DNA of 53,964 nt from a virus. Its lineage: Duplodnaviria; Caudoviricetes. Location: positions 1-53,964 of the IMG/VR virus record IMGVR_UViG_3300005805_000115; one strand, 5' to 3'. This document shows, piece by piece, positions 25,565 through 34,786 of the stretch. The first letter of the stretch is position 1; every line of letters begins with the position of its first letter. Both the position numbers and the translations under genes were made by a program. The notes under the pieces are model-generated. The model saw nothing but the letters and a program-made list of their open reading frames with translations. It did no database searches and was not told where the DNA came from.

Positions 25565-26005
25565 ATGAGAAAAACAATAACAAGCATAGGATTGTGCCTC
25601 CTCGCCTTGAACGCAGGAGCCACAGAGCTGTCATTCCAATTCAATTCACCGGCATTCAACGGTGTGGGATACAGTAGCCATGTGCTGACCATCGAACAGC
25701 TAGAAACACAACGTCGCAAAGCCATTGCAGATGCAGCCAAAGCTGCTGCAGATCAAGCTGCTCGTGATGCAAAGAACACCAATCTAGCCAAGTTTTTGGT
25801 AAACGTAGAAAGCCGGATCTACGCTCAACTCAGTAAACAGTTGGCAGATGCAATGTTTTCTGATGGCTCCAACAGCGGTGCCATGGATTTTCAAGGCACC
25901 AGCATATCCTGGACAAAATCGGCCACTGATGTGACCTTGAGCATTAGAGACTCGGGAGGAGGCACCACCGAAATCGCGGTGCCTATAGGAACTTTTGCAT
26001 TTTGA
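25565..26005 (+). CDS. csgF: curli assembly protein CsgF-like
   Basis: Signal peptide then TELSFQFNSPAFNG; F...ESRIYAQLSKQL; TTEIAVP. Confidence 0.85.
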   Translation: MRKTITSIGLCLLALNAGATELSFQFNSPAFNGVGYSSHVLTIEQLETQRRKAIADAAKAAADQAARDAKNTNLAKFLVNVESRIYAQLSKQLADAMFSDGSNSGAMDFQGTSISWTKSATDVTLSIRDSGGGTTEIAVPIGTFAF

Positions 26006-26808
26006 CCAAAGTCATAATACTTGTGTGCAGTCTGGTCCTGACCGGCTGCGCTGTAGTGCTCTGGGACACCGAGCGTGAACCACCGCAGGCATTGCCACGA
26101 GTAGAACTTCTCAAAACTTTACCCGAGCTAGACGGACCGCCTATACCCATTGCGGTATACGGATTTTCTGACAAGACTGGACAGATGAAACCCAATGATA
26201 GGCTTGCAGTGTTCAGCAAGGCCGTGACACAGGGCGCAGAGGTATTTTTGATCAAAGCTCTGCAAGATTGCGATCGTTGGTTCACAGTGGTAGAAAGAGT
26301 GGGCCTAGACAATCTTATCAAAGAACGTCAGTTGATTAGAAATCAAAGAGAAGTATACGAAGGCAAAGATGCCAAACCGTTGCGACCCATGTTGGTTGCT
26401 GGAATCATGATCGAAGGTGGCGTTGTGGGTTATGATTCTAATCTACGTTCAGGTGGCGCTGGTGCTAGAATCATGGGCATAGGTAATTCCATACAATATC
26501 GAGTGGATGAAGTGGTTGTTGCATTGCGGTTTATATCAGTGCATACCGGAGAAGTGTTGATCAACACCGCGGTCAGCAAGACCATTTATAGTACCATGCA
26601 GAACGCAGGGCTGTTGAGATTTGTAGATGCAGGCACACGAGCTGTGGAAATTGAAGCCGGCACTGCTCTCAACGAGCCCGCAACCTATGCTGTTCGAGTG
26701 GCGATCGAACAGGCCGTGTATGAAACCATCATCGCAGGCGAACGTCGCGGACTGTGGCGTTTCAAACAGCCAAGGAGTGCAGAAGAGGTCAACTCGACTG
26801 CAAAATAA
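26002..26808 (+). CDS. csgG: curli secretion channel CsgG lipoprotein
   Basis: LTGC lipobox; AVYGFSDKTGQ, AVTQGA, WFTVVERVGLDNLIKERQLIR, EGGVVGYDSN, GEVL. Confidence 0.92.
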   Translation: MTKVIILVCSLVLTGCAVVLWDTEREPPQALPRVELLKTLPELDGPPIPIAVYGFSDKTGQMKPNDRLAVFSKAVTQGAEVFLIKALQDCDRWFTVVERVGLDNLIKERQLIRNQREVYEGKDAKPLRPMLVAGIMIEGGVVGYDSNLRSGGAGARIMGIGNSIQYRVDEVVVALRFISVHTGEVLINTAVSKTIYSTMQNAGLLRFVDAGTRAVEIEAGTALNEPATYAVRVAIEQAVYETIIAGERRGLWRFKQPRSAEEVNSTAK

Positions 26809-26811
26809 AAA

Positions 26812-27414
26812 ATGAAAACAAAGACCCATAAAGGGCTAGCAGCAATGATCGCACTGTGGTTAGGCACCACTGCCTGGGCCAATGAAATATACATTGAACA
26901 GGTAGGTAGTAGCAGCACAATTACAGTTACACAAGACGGGGCCAGCAACATTATCGGTGAGGAGTTGACACCTTCGTTCATAGGAGGCGGTTCCAACACC
27001 GTGACCATTGATCAAATTGGTGCAGGAAATGAGCTGCAGTTCACTGTGAATGGTGCCAGCACCGATCTCACTGTGTCACTAACCGGTAACAACAATATCA
27101 GTAGTATAACCTGCGGTACCACTGTGGCAGCATCATGCAGTGGTAGTACAATTACGCAAACTGTTGTGGGAGACGGCAACACTTTGACACAAACACTGGG
27201 GGCCGGAGCCAATCATACCAGTATTCTCACAGTCACTGGAGATACCAACACTGTGACACATACCAGCACCAATACCGGGGCAGTAAACATGCAATACACA
27301 GTTGCGGGCGATACCAACACTATCAGCGTCACAACGTCAGGTACAACAGCAAAGACACTCAATGCATCTACTACTGGCAACAACAATATTGTTACTATTA
27401 TCCAGACCAATTGA
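26812..27414 (+). CDS. curlin-repeat (CsgA/CsgB-like) secreted protein
   Basis: Signal peptide ending TAWA; repeated x-Q/T-x-G-x-x-N beta-arc units (TQDGASN, DQIGAGN, LTGNNN, VVGDGN, VTGDTN, VAGDTN, TTGNNN). Confidence 0.75.
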   Translation: MKTKTHKGLAAMIALWLGTTAWANEIYIEQVGSSSTITVTQDGASNIIGEELTPSFIGGGSNTVTIDQIGAGNELQFTVNGASTDLTVSLTGNNNISSITCGTTVAASCSGSTITQTVVGDGNTLTQTLGAGANHTSILTVTGDTNTVTHTSTNTGAVNMQYTVAGDTNTISVTTSGTTAKTLNASTTGNNNIVTIIQTN

Positions 27415-28435
27415 TGTTTGGTCTGCAGTGGGTTCTGTAACGGTTCAAACAGGACCCACCGAAATAGTAAGAAACAAACAAAGCATATCCAGTCAAACTG
27501 GCACTGCGATTGAAATGAACGATACCGTGGTAACGGCTCGGGCCCGAGCCGAGCTGACCTTTGTTGACAAAACGCAAGTCAAAATCACTGAACAATCAAA
27601 GTTGATAATCGACGATTTTGTTTATGATGCAAGACAAGGCACAGGTAAGTTGGCCATGAAAATGGCCTTGGGCACGGCCAGATATGCATCTGGGCAGATA
27701 GCCAAGAACTCACCACAAAATGTTGCAGTTACCACACCCACGGCCACTGTGGCAGTGCGTGGCACAGATTTTTCAATGACCGTAGATGAGTTAGGTCGCA
27801 GCCTGGTCATGCTACTGCCCAGCTGTGACGACCGTGCCTGTGTCACAGGTATTATAGAAGTTTTCAACGATGTGGGTCGTGTAATCCTTACACAGGCATA
27901 TCAAGCTACCATGATCAACAGTCGCAATCAACCTCCTTCTCAGCCCACCATTATCACCGTTGATCCAGGCAATATAAACAATCTTTTGATTGTGAGTCCC
28001 CCACCTGAAATCAGAGACGATCGTCAAGCAAATGCTGCCACAGGACCTGAATACAATCTACTCAATGTAGATCTATTGAAGTACAGCGAGTTAGAAAAAA
28101 ATTACCTAGATAACTCATGGTTAGACAAAGATTTTCTTGAAAATACTTTTTTACAAAATGAGTTAGATGCATTTGGTGCCAATGTTTGGGCGGCTACAGC
28201 ATACCTTTTGGACAATGGTATGCTACCAGGTTATGATCCCAACAGTCTATTGCGTTATCGGGTAGACGACGAAGATCGTTTGATTTTGACTCGACGCATC
28301 AACAATCATGTCACAGAGCTGCGTATTCACAAAGAAGCTGACGCAGTGGTAGATATCAAACAGGATGGTATTCCGGTATGGCAAAGAGTCAATCGCGGCG
28401 GCAGCACAACTTTTACCATAGTGCAGCGCCAATAA
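27362..28435 (+). CDS. FecR-domain exported protein
   Basis: Signal peptide MHLLLATT...; D.V.T..A.AEL.F.DKT.VKI, TPTATVAVRGTDF. Confidence 0.85.
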   Translation: MHLLLATTILLLLSRPIDVWSAVGSVTVQTGPTEIVRNKQSISSQTGTAIEMNDTVVTARARAELTFVDKTQVKITEQSKLIIDDFVYDARQGTGKLAMKMALGTARYASGQIAKNSPQNVAVTTPTATVAVRGTDFSMTVDELGRSLVMLLPSCDDRACVTGIIEVFNDVGRVILTQAYQATMINSRNQPPSQPTIITVDPGNINNLLIVSPPPEIRDDRQANAATGPEYNLLNVDLLKYSELEKNYLDNSWLDKDFLENTFLQNELDAFGANVWAATAYLLDNGMLPGYDPNSLLRYRVDDEDRLILTRRINNHVTELRIHKEADAVVDIKQDGIPVWQRVNRGGSTTFTIVQRQ

Positions 28436-28453
28436 ATACTTGTGGAGTAGCTG

Positions 28454-28735
28454 ATGAGTGAATATTTCAAACTGGTCGCAGAAGTTGGGTTCCCCATAGC
28501 TGCAGCTCTTGGGGCCGGCTATTTTGTGTTTCTCACTCTGAAATTCATTCTAGCCGGGGTCACCAGCTCAGTCAATGGTATCAAAGGAATCATTGGAGCT
28601 TTGGATAACCGAGTAAAGACCATGAATCACGACGTGATTCGCATTGACACTGTGGTCAGTAATGCGCTGGGCCTCAAACCTGACGTAGACAGAATTGCCA
28701 GGGCCGACGGCAAAAACGACGCAAGAAGGGATTGA
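28454..28735 (+). CDS. YvrJ-like single-TM coiled-coil protein
   Basis: LVAEVGFPIAA; TAAATA (28433-28438) and GGAG upstream. Confidence 0.7.
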   Translation: MSEYFKLVAEVGFPIAAALGAGYFVFLTLKFILAGVTSSVNGIKGIIGALDNRVKTMNHDVIRIDTVVSNALGLKPDVDRIARADGKNDARRD

Positions 28736-28736
28736 C

Positions 28737-28913
28737 ATGTTATTTCTCGGTTATAATTTCCACAAAATTTGGGACGGCAGCTTCATCATGGACGATGAGC
28801 TTACCCCAGAAAAACTAGATGTACAACAAGGTGATACGTTTGTGGTTGTTGTGAAAGAAAACAAAGTAATTTTACAAAAACAAAAACATGGACCTAGCAG
28901 ACCTGATCAATAA
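28737..28913 (+). CDS. AbrB-like small protein
   Basis: ELTPEKLDVQQGDTFVVVVKENKVILQK. Confidence 0.55.
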   Translation: MLFLGYNFHKIWDGSFIMDDELTPEKLDVQQGDTFVVVVKENKVILQKQKHGPSRPDQ

Positions 28914-29229
28914 GTATGGTTTCCCCATTGTGGCCGCAGGTGGTATGGGGTATCTCATATACTATGTGTGGGTCTGGGCCACAAAAGAAATCAAACCTGT
29001 GCTCAGTGAGGCCAACACAACTCTAATTGCGTTGATCGACCGAATTCGTATGCTGGACAATGATCTCATACGCATGAACCAAAAAGTCAACACTGTGCTG
29101 CATTTGCGTGGTAAAATAATTGAAAGCGAACGTGTACTAGAAGTGCAAAAAGTAGATGCCGAAGCAGACAAGAAATTCAAAAAAGCATTGGCCGACGAAC
29201 CTCTTAGACCTCGAGACAAGCAACAATGA
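28888..29229 (+). CDS. YvrJ-like single-TM coiled-coil protein (paralogue of 28454)
   Basis: LINKYGFPIVAA...ALIDRIRMLDNDLIRM. Confidence 0.7.
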   Translation: MDLADLINKYGFPIVAAGGMGYLIYYVWVWATKEIKPVLSEANTTLIALIDRIRMLDNDLIRMNQKVNTVLHLRGKIIESERVLEVQKVDAEADKKFKKALADEPLRPRDKQQ

Positions 29230-29945
29230 CCATAATTATTGCCACCCTGGTAATGACTCACATTACCATTGTGTGCGTTACTCTCTACCTACACCGCAGT
29301 CAGGCCCATCGATCGGTGGAATTTCATCCAGTGGTAGCACATTTCATGCGACTATGGCTGTGGATGACCACTGCTATGCAGACACGTGAATGGGTAGCCA
29401 TACATCGTTGTCATCACAGACACAGCGACCGTCCTGGAGATCCACATTCACCGCATGTGTGGGGAATCGCACGTGTGCTGTTTGGTGGAGCATGGTTATA
29501 CAATCATGCCAGTACAGATCGAGTCATGATTGACCAATACGGCTCAGGAACTCCCACGGATTGGATAGAAACAAAAATTTACAGCGGTTTGCCATGGTTA
29601 GGGGTGCTGATAATGTTGATGGTAGATTTAGCTATATTCGGCTGGTGGGGCCTAGCAGTATGGGCAGTTCAAATGATTTGGATTCCGTTTTGGGCCGCGG
29701 GCGTTGTCAACGGCTTAGCACATTGGTGGGGATACAAAAATGGGAAAACTAGAGACTGTAGTTGCAATCTTGTGCCTTGGGGCATTGTTATTGGCGGCGA
29801 AGAGTTGCACAACAATCATCACCTAGCACCAGGTTCGGCCAAGCTGTCACATCGTTGGTGGGAGTTTGATATCGGATGGTTTTACATACGTGTTTTGTCT
29901 TGGGTTGGCTTGGCAAAGATTAGACATACTACCATCGCTGATTGA
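29226..29945 (+). CDS. delta-9-type fatty acid desaturase
   Basis: His boxes HRSQAH, HRCHH, HNNHH; DPHSP; WWEFDIGW. Confidence 0.92.
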   Translation: MTIIIATLVMTHITIVCVTLYLHRSQAHRSVEFHPVVAHFMRLWLWMTTAMQTREWVAIHRCHHRHSDRPGDPHSPHVWGIARVLFGGAWLYNHASTDRVMIDQYGSGTPTDWIETKIYSGLPWLGVLIMLMVDLAIFGWWGLAVWAVQMIWIPFWAAGVVNGLAHWWGYKNGKTRDCSCNLVPWGIVIGGEELHNNHHLAPGSAKLSHRWWEFDIGWFYIRVLSWVGLAKIRHTTIAD

Positions 29946-30057
29946 ACCCAAAACATACATTGGCAAAAACCAAAGTTGCAACCAAGTCTTTACCCACCGA
30001 TCTAACCAATACTGCGCTATCATTTCATCGTACATATTTTGATAATGGTTGTGCGCA

Positions 30058-32115
30058 CTATTTTGATGTGGCTCGGTAGACGCCATCCCATGTGTTATCC
30101 AGTCCTGCATTTTGCAACTCCTCAACACGTTCAGCCATCATTTTGTAGTAGGCTTCCATAGTGTTATCAAATGAACCGTCGAGGTTTTGCAGCAGTTTGA
30201 TCACGGTGGCCCATTGTTGTTGACGATAGCAATGTAACATAGTATCATGCACCTCGCGATCGTCTAACCATTCTGCATTGACTTGGTCCATGGCACACAG
30301 TACAGTGTAAATGTCAACGCCTTGGGTTTTGCCTTTGACAGCTATGGTATCCAGTTCCAATACAAAATATTCGTCTTTTACCTGTTCCGCAGTGTGAGAT
30401 CCAACCACAATTTTGACACCATACGGCTTAGACTGGCCCTCGAGTCTTGACGCCAAATTAACACCGTCGCCAAGACAAGTATAGTCAAAACGTTGATCAC
30501 TGCCCATATTGCCCACCACAACACTGGCAGTATTAATTCCCAAACCCATACCAAAGGGAGGAACACCTTCTTTTGCAATTTCATCATTGAATGCCTGTAA
30601 ACTTCCCATCATAGCCAAACCGGTGCGCACAGCATTTTTTGCATGGTCAGCGTCGTCTAAGGGTGCGTTCCAAAATGCCATTTGCGCATCCCCGATGTAC
30701 TTGTCTAGTGTGCCTGAATTTTCCAAAATTTTGGCTGTCATGGCAGTCATGTATCGATTCATGATTCGGGTCAAACCCTGTACATCCGCGCCGTAGTGCT
30801 CGGAAATAGTGGTGAAGCCACGCACATCAGTGAACATGATACTGAGCTCGCGTGTGTCACCGCCCAACTTCAAAAGCTCAGGATTCTGTTGCAATTTTTC
30901 TACCATGGCTGGACTCAAATAAGTTCCAAACTGCTTTTTTATCTGCTGCTTTTGTAAGAACTCAGATACAAACTTGATGCCGTAGGCGTGCAAAGCGACC
31001 AGTCCAATGCCAACTGCAAAGGCAGTTGCGTCAAATAACCATAAAAAGCTAGCGAACACATACCAACTACCAGCAATGCTGCCACCGACCAACGCAACAG
31101 TCGAAACCATGCCCACATAGGTCCACCTCGTCAAAAACAAAAGCAGCACGCCACCAATGGCCAATGCCAATATTTCCATACCATCAGCCCAAGCCGGCCG
31201 TTGAATCACAGTGCCACTGGCCATGGTGCCAATGACCGCTGCTTGTAGCTCATGCGGATAACGAGCACCAACACTGGTGGGCACTGGATTGCCAAGACCT
31301 GCTGCAGTGGTACCCACTATGACCACGGCTGATCCAAAATCTTTGGGTAGATCACTGAGACTATAGCTTCTACTCTGCTGAGAAAAATCTATCCAGATTC
31401 GCCCCAGATTGTCAGTGACAATGGGACCAAACGATGGCACACGCATGCGATCCACACCCAATGGCGACAGTTTGACTTGCACAGTGTTGTCACCTGCTGC
31501 CACACGCAAAACTTCCATGCCGAGACTGGGATAGATGTTGCCATTCACAGCCACTACCAATGGCATCCTACGATTGACTCCATCTATTTCGGGCAAAGTG
31601 TTTACAATACCTACACCTCCTGCTGCATTTTCCAGCAACGATACATTGGCCGTGAGCCCTGGATATTGCACAATTCTGTCACTGTGTTCGCTGCCAATCA
31701 CTGCACTGCCTGGCTGTCGTGGTTGATTTTTTGTGCGATCAGATGGCACACTGGGCAAAATCACCGTTTGACGATCTTCTAACACAGCGGCCAATACTCG
31801 ATCTTTGCCAAAACGATCAGGTTCAGGCATGAGCACGTTGAAAACTACCAATCCAGCATTGCGTTCATAGAGGCTGTCAATGATCTGTGCGTATCGGTCG
31901 CGCGGTAATGGCCATTGACCCAACTGTGACAGACTGGCCTCATCTATATTGACTGTGACAATATCAGTTTGCGTAGGAGTGCGACTGCCTATCAACACAT
32001 CAAAATAACGCAGTCTTACGCTTTCTACAAAGTTAGGATCAGCGATGCGAATTGCCAACACACAGGCCAGTGTCAACAAAGCTGTCCACGCAGACAACAG
32101 AATTTTCTTAGACAT
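30058..32115 (-). CDS. CHASE2-domain class III adenylate/guanylate cyclase
   Basis: IDEASL..LGQWPLPR, DGVNRR, three TMs, FTDVRGFT, DKYIGDA, GDGVNLASRLEG; Lys in DKY suggests ATP specificity. Confidence 0.93.
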   Translation of the reverse strand: MSKKILLSAWTALLTLACVLAIRIADPNFVESVRLRYFDVLIGSRTPTQTDIVTVNIDEASLSQLGQWPLPRDRYAQIIDSLYERNAGLVVFNVLMPEPDRFGKDRVLAAVLEDRQTVILPSVPSDRTKNQPRQPGSAVIGSEHSDRIVQYPGLTANVSLLENAAGGVGIVNTLPEIDGVNRRMPLVVAVNGNIYPSLGMEVLRVAAGDNTVQVKLSPLGVDRMRVPSFGPIVTDNLGRIWIDFSQQSRSYSLSDLPKDFGSAVVIVGTTAAGLGNPVPTSVGARYPHELQAAVIGTMASGTVIQRPAWADGMEILALAIGGVLLLFLTRWTYVGMVSTVALVGGSIAGSWYVFASFLWLFDATAFAVGIGLVALHAYGIKFVSEFLQKQQIKKQFGTYLSPAMVEKLQQNPELLKLGGDTRELSIMFTDVRGFTTISEHYGADVQGLTRIMNRYMTAMTAKILENSGTLDKYIGDAQMAFWNAPLDDADHAKNAVRTGLAMMGSLQAFNDEIAKEGVPPFGMGLGINTASVVVGNMGSDQRFDYTCLGDGVNLASRLEGQSKPYGVKIVVGSHTAEQVKDEYFVLELDTIAVKGKTQGVDIYTVLCAMDQVNAEWLDDREVHDTMLHCYRQQQWATVIKLLQNLDGSFDNTMEAYYKMMAERVEELQNAGLDNTWDGVYRATSK

Positions 32116-32119
32116 TAGA

Positions 32120-32144
32120 TATTTATAGATGACTGAGTCATCTA
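32120..32144 (-). promoter_or_regulatory. late promoter TAAATA plus adjacent 19-bp palindrome
   Basis: TAGATGACT-G-AGTCATCTA at 32126-32144; TAAATA 4 nt before the cyclase ATG. Confidence 0.55.
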
Positions 32145-32160
32145 CTCTGTACCAACAGAA

Positions 32161-32481
32161 TCAGTGAGACAAAACAGCAGGTGTTTGAGGAATCTGCGGA
32201 TTGGTAAGCGGTGTACTAGTGGAACCCGCTCCTATTACACACCCAACATTGCCTGTGTACATTACCGCCGTCCACCCTCCAGTTTTTGGATTGGTAAACA
32301 GTACCATGCTGGTATTTTCGTTACTACGCCCCATCCATAGTGGATTTTCATTGAATTCCTCACCGGCTAGGCCTTTGACAATGTCTTCAAAAGGACCACA
32401 CACAAAGGAGCGTGTGAGACGCACCCAGTTTGAGGGCTGTTGCACCAACAACATGCCTGACAATGCTAGTTCAGGTAACAT
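32161..32481 (-). CDS. hypothetical exported protein
   Basis: VCG...LFTNPKTGGWTAV..GCVIGAG; start uncertain. Confidence 0.6.
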   Translation of the reverse strand: MLPELALSGMLLVQQPSNWVRLTRSFVCGPFEDIVKGLAGEEFNENPLWMGRSNENTSMVLFTNPKTGGWTAVMYTGNVGCVIGAGSTSTPLTNPQIPQTPAVLSH

Positions 32482-32489
32482 AGCGTTAT

Positions 32490-33515
32490 TTACCTTGCGG
32501 CCAACCATTGCTGATGCAGCTGATCCGTGGCAAGATTTTTACCTTTGGCTTCAACTTCGATATCAAATTGGTCACAAAAGGTCAATGCCCAATCATTCAC
32601 AGATGAATTCCAACAGAAGTCAGAATGCGCACGGAGTTGTTGTTTTTTATAACCTCTAGCAAGAAGTCCAGCAAGATCTGGGCGAATTCGGGGATCATGA
32701 TCAACAAGAAGATCTTCGCGGCTAACACTGTAATGCATACCAGGGCGAACGCCACGCCAAGACTCAACCACACGCTGAACACGAGCATCTTGGCTCGAGA
32801 TGTATTCTCCTGTTTTGACCCAATGATGATGAATGTCCAGCACAAGAGCCACGTGATCAGCCACAGTAAGAGAAATGTCCAGGCCATTTGATATCTCGTC
32901 GTTTTCGATTGTAATGAGGTTACGGGCCTCGGGACTCAATCTCTTGAGTGTTCGCAAAAATTTTTCTGGGCCGCCGCGACCTGACAGATGCACATTGATC
33001 ATGAATCCATGATCGTGCCATGTGCTGCCATAACCCATCCAGCGAGCCATGTCTGCATGATACTCAAATTCATCAATGCTGCGGTCCACAATGTCATCAG
33101 ATTCTGATGCCAGCACACAAAATTGACCAGGATGAAAACTCAATCTCACCCCCAATCTGCGAGCAGCTTCGCCCACCGGTGCAAAAATTTTTTCACAATG
33201 TCGTTGAACATCGCTCTGCTGCCACCAAGCTTGCCAATCGGCTTCGGTATAACCTTGCAGCATTTCTGAGCCCAACCGTACCATACGACGTTCTGGTGCC
33301 ATGCTGGCAACTCGTTCTACCATGAGAAGAGCAGCACGAGCATTGTGATTCATGATGTCCCACTGCCGTTGTTCGGCTTGATCTTTGTGTTCGCGCAGCC
33401 AGCGCATGGTTGTTGATCGGCCGTTGAGTTCACGGTTCTTGGCGTTGACTTTCATGCCCGCGGTTTCAGACGGGTCGTCAAGCCATTTGCAGCAGAAACC
33501 AAAACGATTATTCAT
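32490..33515 (-). CDS. uvsE: UV damage endonuclease (UvsE/UVDE)
   Basis: RFGFCC, RLSFHPGQF, INVH, IENDE, LDIHHH, HYS, RAHSD, EAKGK. Confidence 0.9.
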   Translation of the reverse strand: MNNRFGFCCKWLDDPSETAGMKVNAKNRELNGRSTTMRWLREHKDQAEQRQWDIMNHNARAALLMVERVASMAPERRMVRLGSEMLQGYTEADWQAWWQQSDVQRHCEKIFAPVGEAARRLGVRLSFHPGQFCVLASESDDIVDRSIDEFEYHADMARWMGYGSTWHDHGFMINVHLSGRGGPEKFLRTLKRLSPEARNLITIENDEISNGLDISLTVADHVALVLDIHHHWVKTGEYISSQDARVQRVVESWRGVRPGMHYSVSREDLLVDHDPRIRPDLAGLLARGYKKQQLRAHSDFCWNSSVNDWALTFCDQFDIEVEAKGKNLATDQLHQQWLAAR

Positions 33516-33521
33516 AAAGCT

Positions 33522-33550
33522 ATTGTACAGGAATAAATATTTTTTGTCTA
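33522..33550 (-). promoter_or_regulatory. sigma70-type promoter for uvsE overlapping a divergent TAAATA
   Basis: TAGACA-17-TACAAT; TAAATA on plus strand at 33534-33539. Confidence 0.6.
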
Positions 33551-33566
33551 ATATTAGGAACTCAAA

Positions 33567-33878
33567 ATGAAATATCAAGTGAAAACTGTAGGTTGGCTAG
33601 ACACTCCAATGGCCCCTTGGACCTTAGGCATGGATCGATTGGATTGGGTTTCGCCATTTGCAGCATTGCATGAATTCAACTTGGACCAAATTGCCAATGG
33701 CAGTCTGTCTAGGTTTGTTGTTGGTGACGATCGTCTTGAAACAACCGAAACTAGAAAAATATTATACACCACATTTAATACTTTGACCGCCGCACAACAA
33801 GGAGTCACACTGGTAGAAACATATGGTATCCCAGAATGGGTGGAATCCATTGAGATAATTGAGCGCCCTGATCTCTAA
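33567..33878 (+). CDS. hypothetical protein
   Basis: 103 aa, AGGA SD, late promoter upstream. Confidence 0.55.
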   Translation: MKYQVKTVGWLDTPMAPWTLGMDRLDWVSPFAALHEFNLDQIANGSLSRFVVGDDRLETTETRKILYTTFNTLTAAQQGVTLVETYGIPEWVESIEIIERPDL

Positions 33879-34786
33879 ACTCGTAGAATGTCCAGTGTCA
33901 CACAGTGAAAACCGCCGCCGAGGGTTCTGCTGTGTCGCAGTTGCAAAGGCACAGTGTCAAATCCATAATTATTTAAGATTTTGATAATATCCGTTTGATT
34001 CTGGTCCACAATCACTGTGCGAGGGTCCACTACCAAAAGGTTCATTGCAATCCATTTCGACGCATAGGGATATTGGTAAAACTGCTGCGGGACTACATCA
34101 TGTATCCAAATTTTATCCCAGCGGTCAAACACTTTGGGCACTGTGTGTGGCTGCACTCTGGATGCATTGAGCATGACCAAACCTTCACGCAATGGCACAA
34201 TGGTTGAATCAATGTGCACACCAGCATAGAAATTACACAACTCAATTTCAACATTTGGAAATTGGCCACACAACCACTCATAGGCCGCACGATTTCCCGA
34301 AGCTGATTCCAAGAACAACATTTTATCGCCAAGCCGGCAAACGTTAGCAGCATCTAGCACCATGCCTTCATTGCGTGGCATAAATTTGTAATCAGTGGCT
34401 GCATCCACGATGTCATGATAGCATTGCAGTTCCATGTCTCTGCAAGGATACATCATGGCAGGATCCACTATGGTCGATCCGTACACAAGAAACCTATCAC
34501 GTGGACAATAGTTGTACATGCCGCCACAGTCTTGAAAGTTCATTTCCGCAGGACGCAAAACTTCAACACCCAGATCTTGCAGCGTGGTTGCTAGGATTTG
34601 CAAATCTTCGTTGGCTTCGTCAATTATCCATTGCGGCACTGGCCCACTGGGCACTGGTGTATCTGTCCAAGTAGTTTTCAAACTTTCTTGTGAAAACACA
34701 GGATCTTTGTCAGGCCAGTTGGCATGACTGGCTGTACCTACCACTATCTTTTTGAGACTGTCCCATTCGTTTATACTGTGGATCAT
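33875..34786 (-). CDS. amidinotransferase (glycine/inosamine-phosphate amidinotransferase family)
   Basis: NEWDSL, CPRD, DAAN, HIDST, GGGFHCVTLD (Asp-His-Cys triad). Confidence 0.9.
   Translation of the reverse strand: MIHSINEWDSLKKIVVGTASHANWPDKDPVFSQESLKTTWTDTPVPSGPVPQWIIDEANEDLQILATTLQDLGVEVLRPAEMNFQDCGGMYNYCPRDRFLVYGSTIVDPAMMYPCRDMELQCYHDIVDAATDYKFMPRNEGMVLDAANVCRLGDKMLFLESASGNRAAYEWLCGQFPNVEIELCNFYAGVHIDSTIVPLREGLVMLNASRVQPHTVPKVFDRWDKIWIHDVVPQQFYQYPYASKWIAMNLLVVDPRTVIVDQNQTDIIKILNNYGFDTVPLQLRHSRTLGGGFHCVTLDILRV

Noticed and set aside
29847-30128. Minus-strand ORF between the desaturase and the cyclase
   Set aside because: Overlaps both flanking genes and has no motif; a shorter peptide is possible but unsupported.
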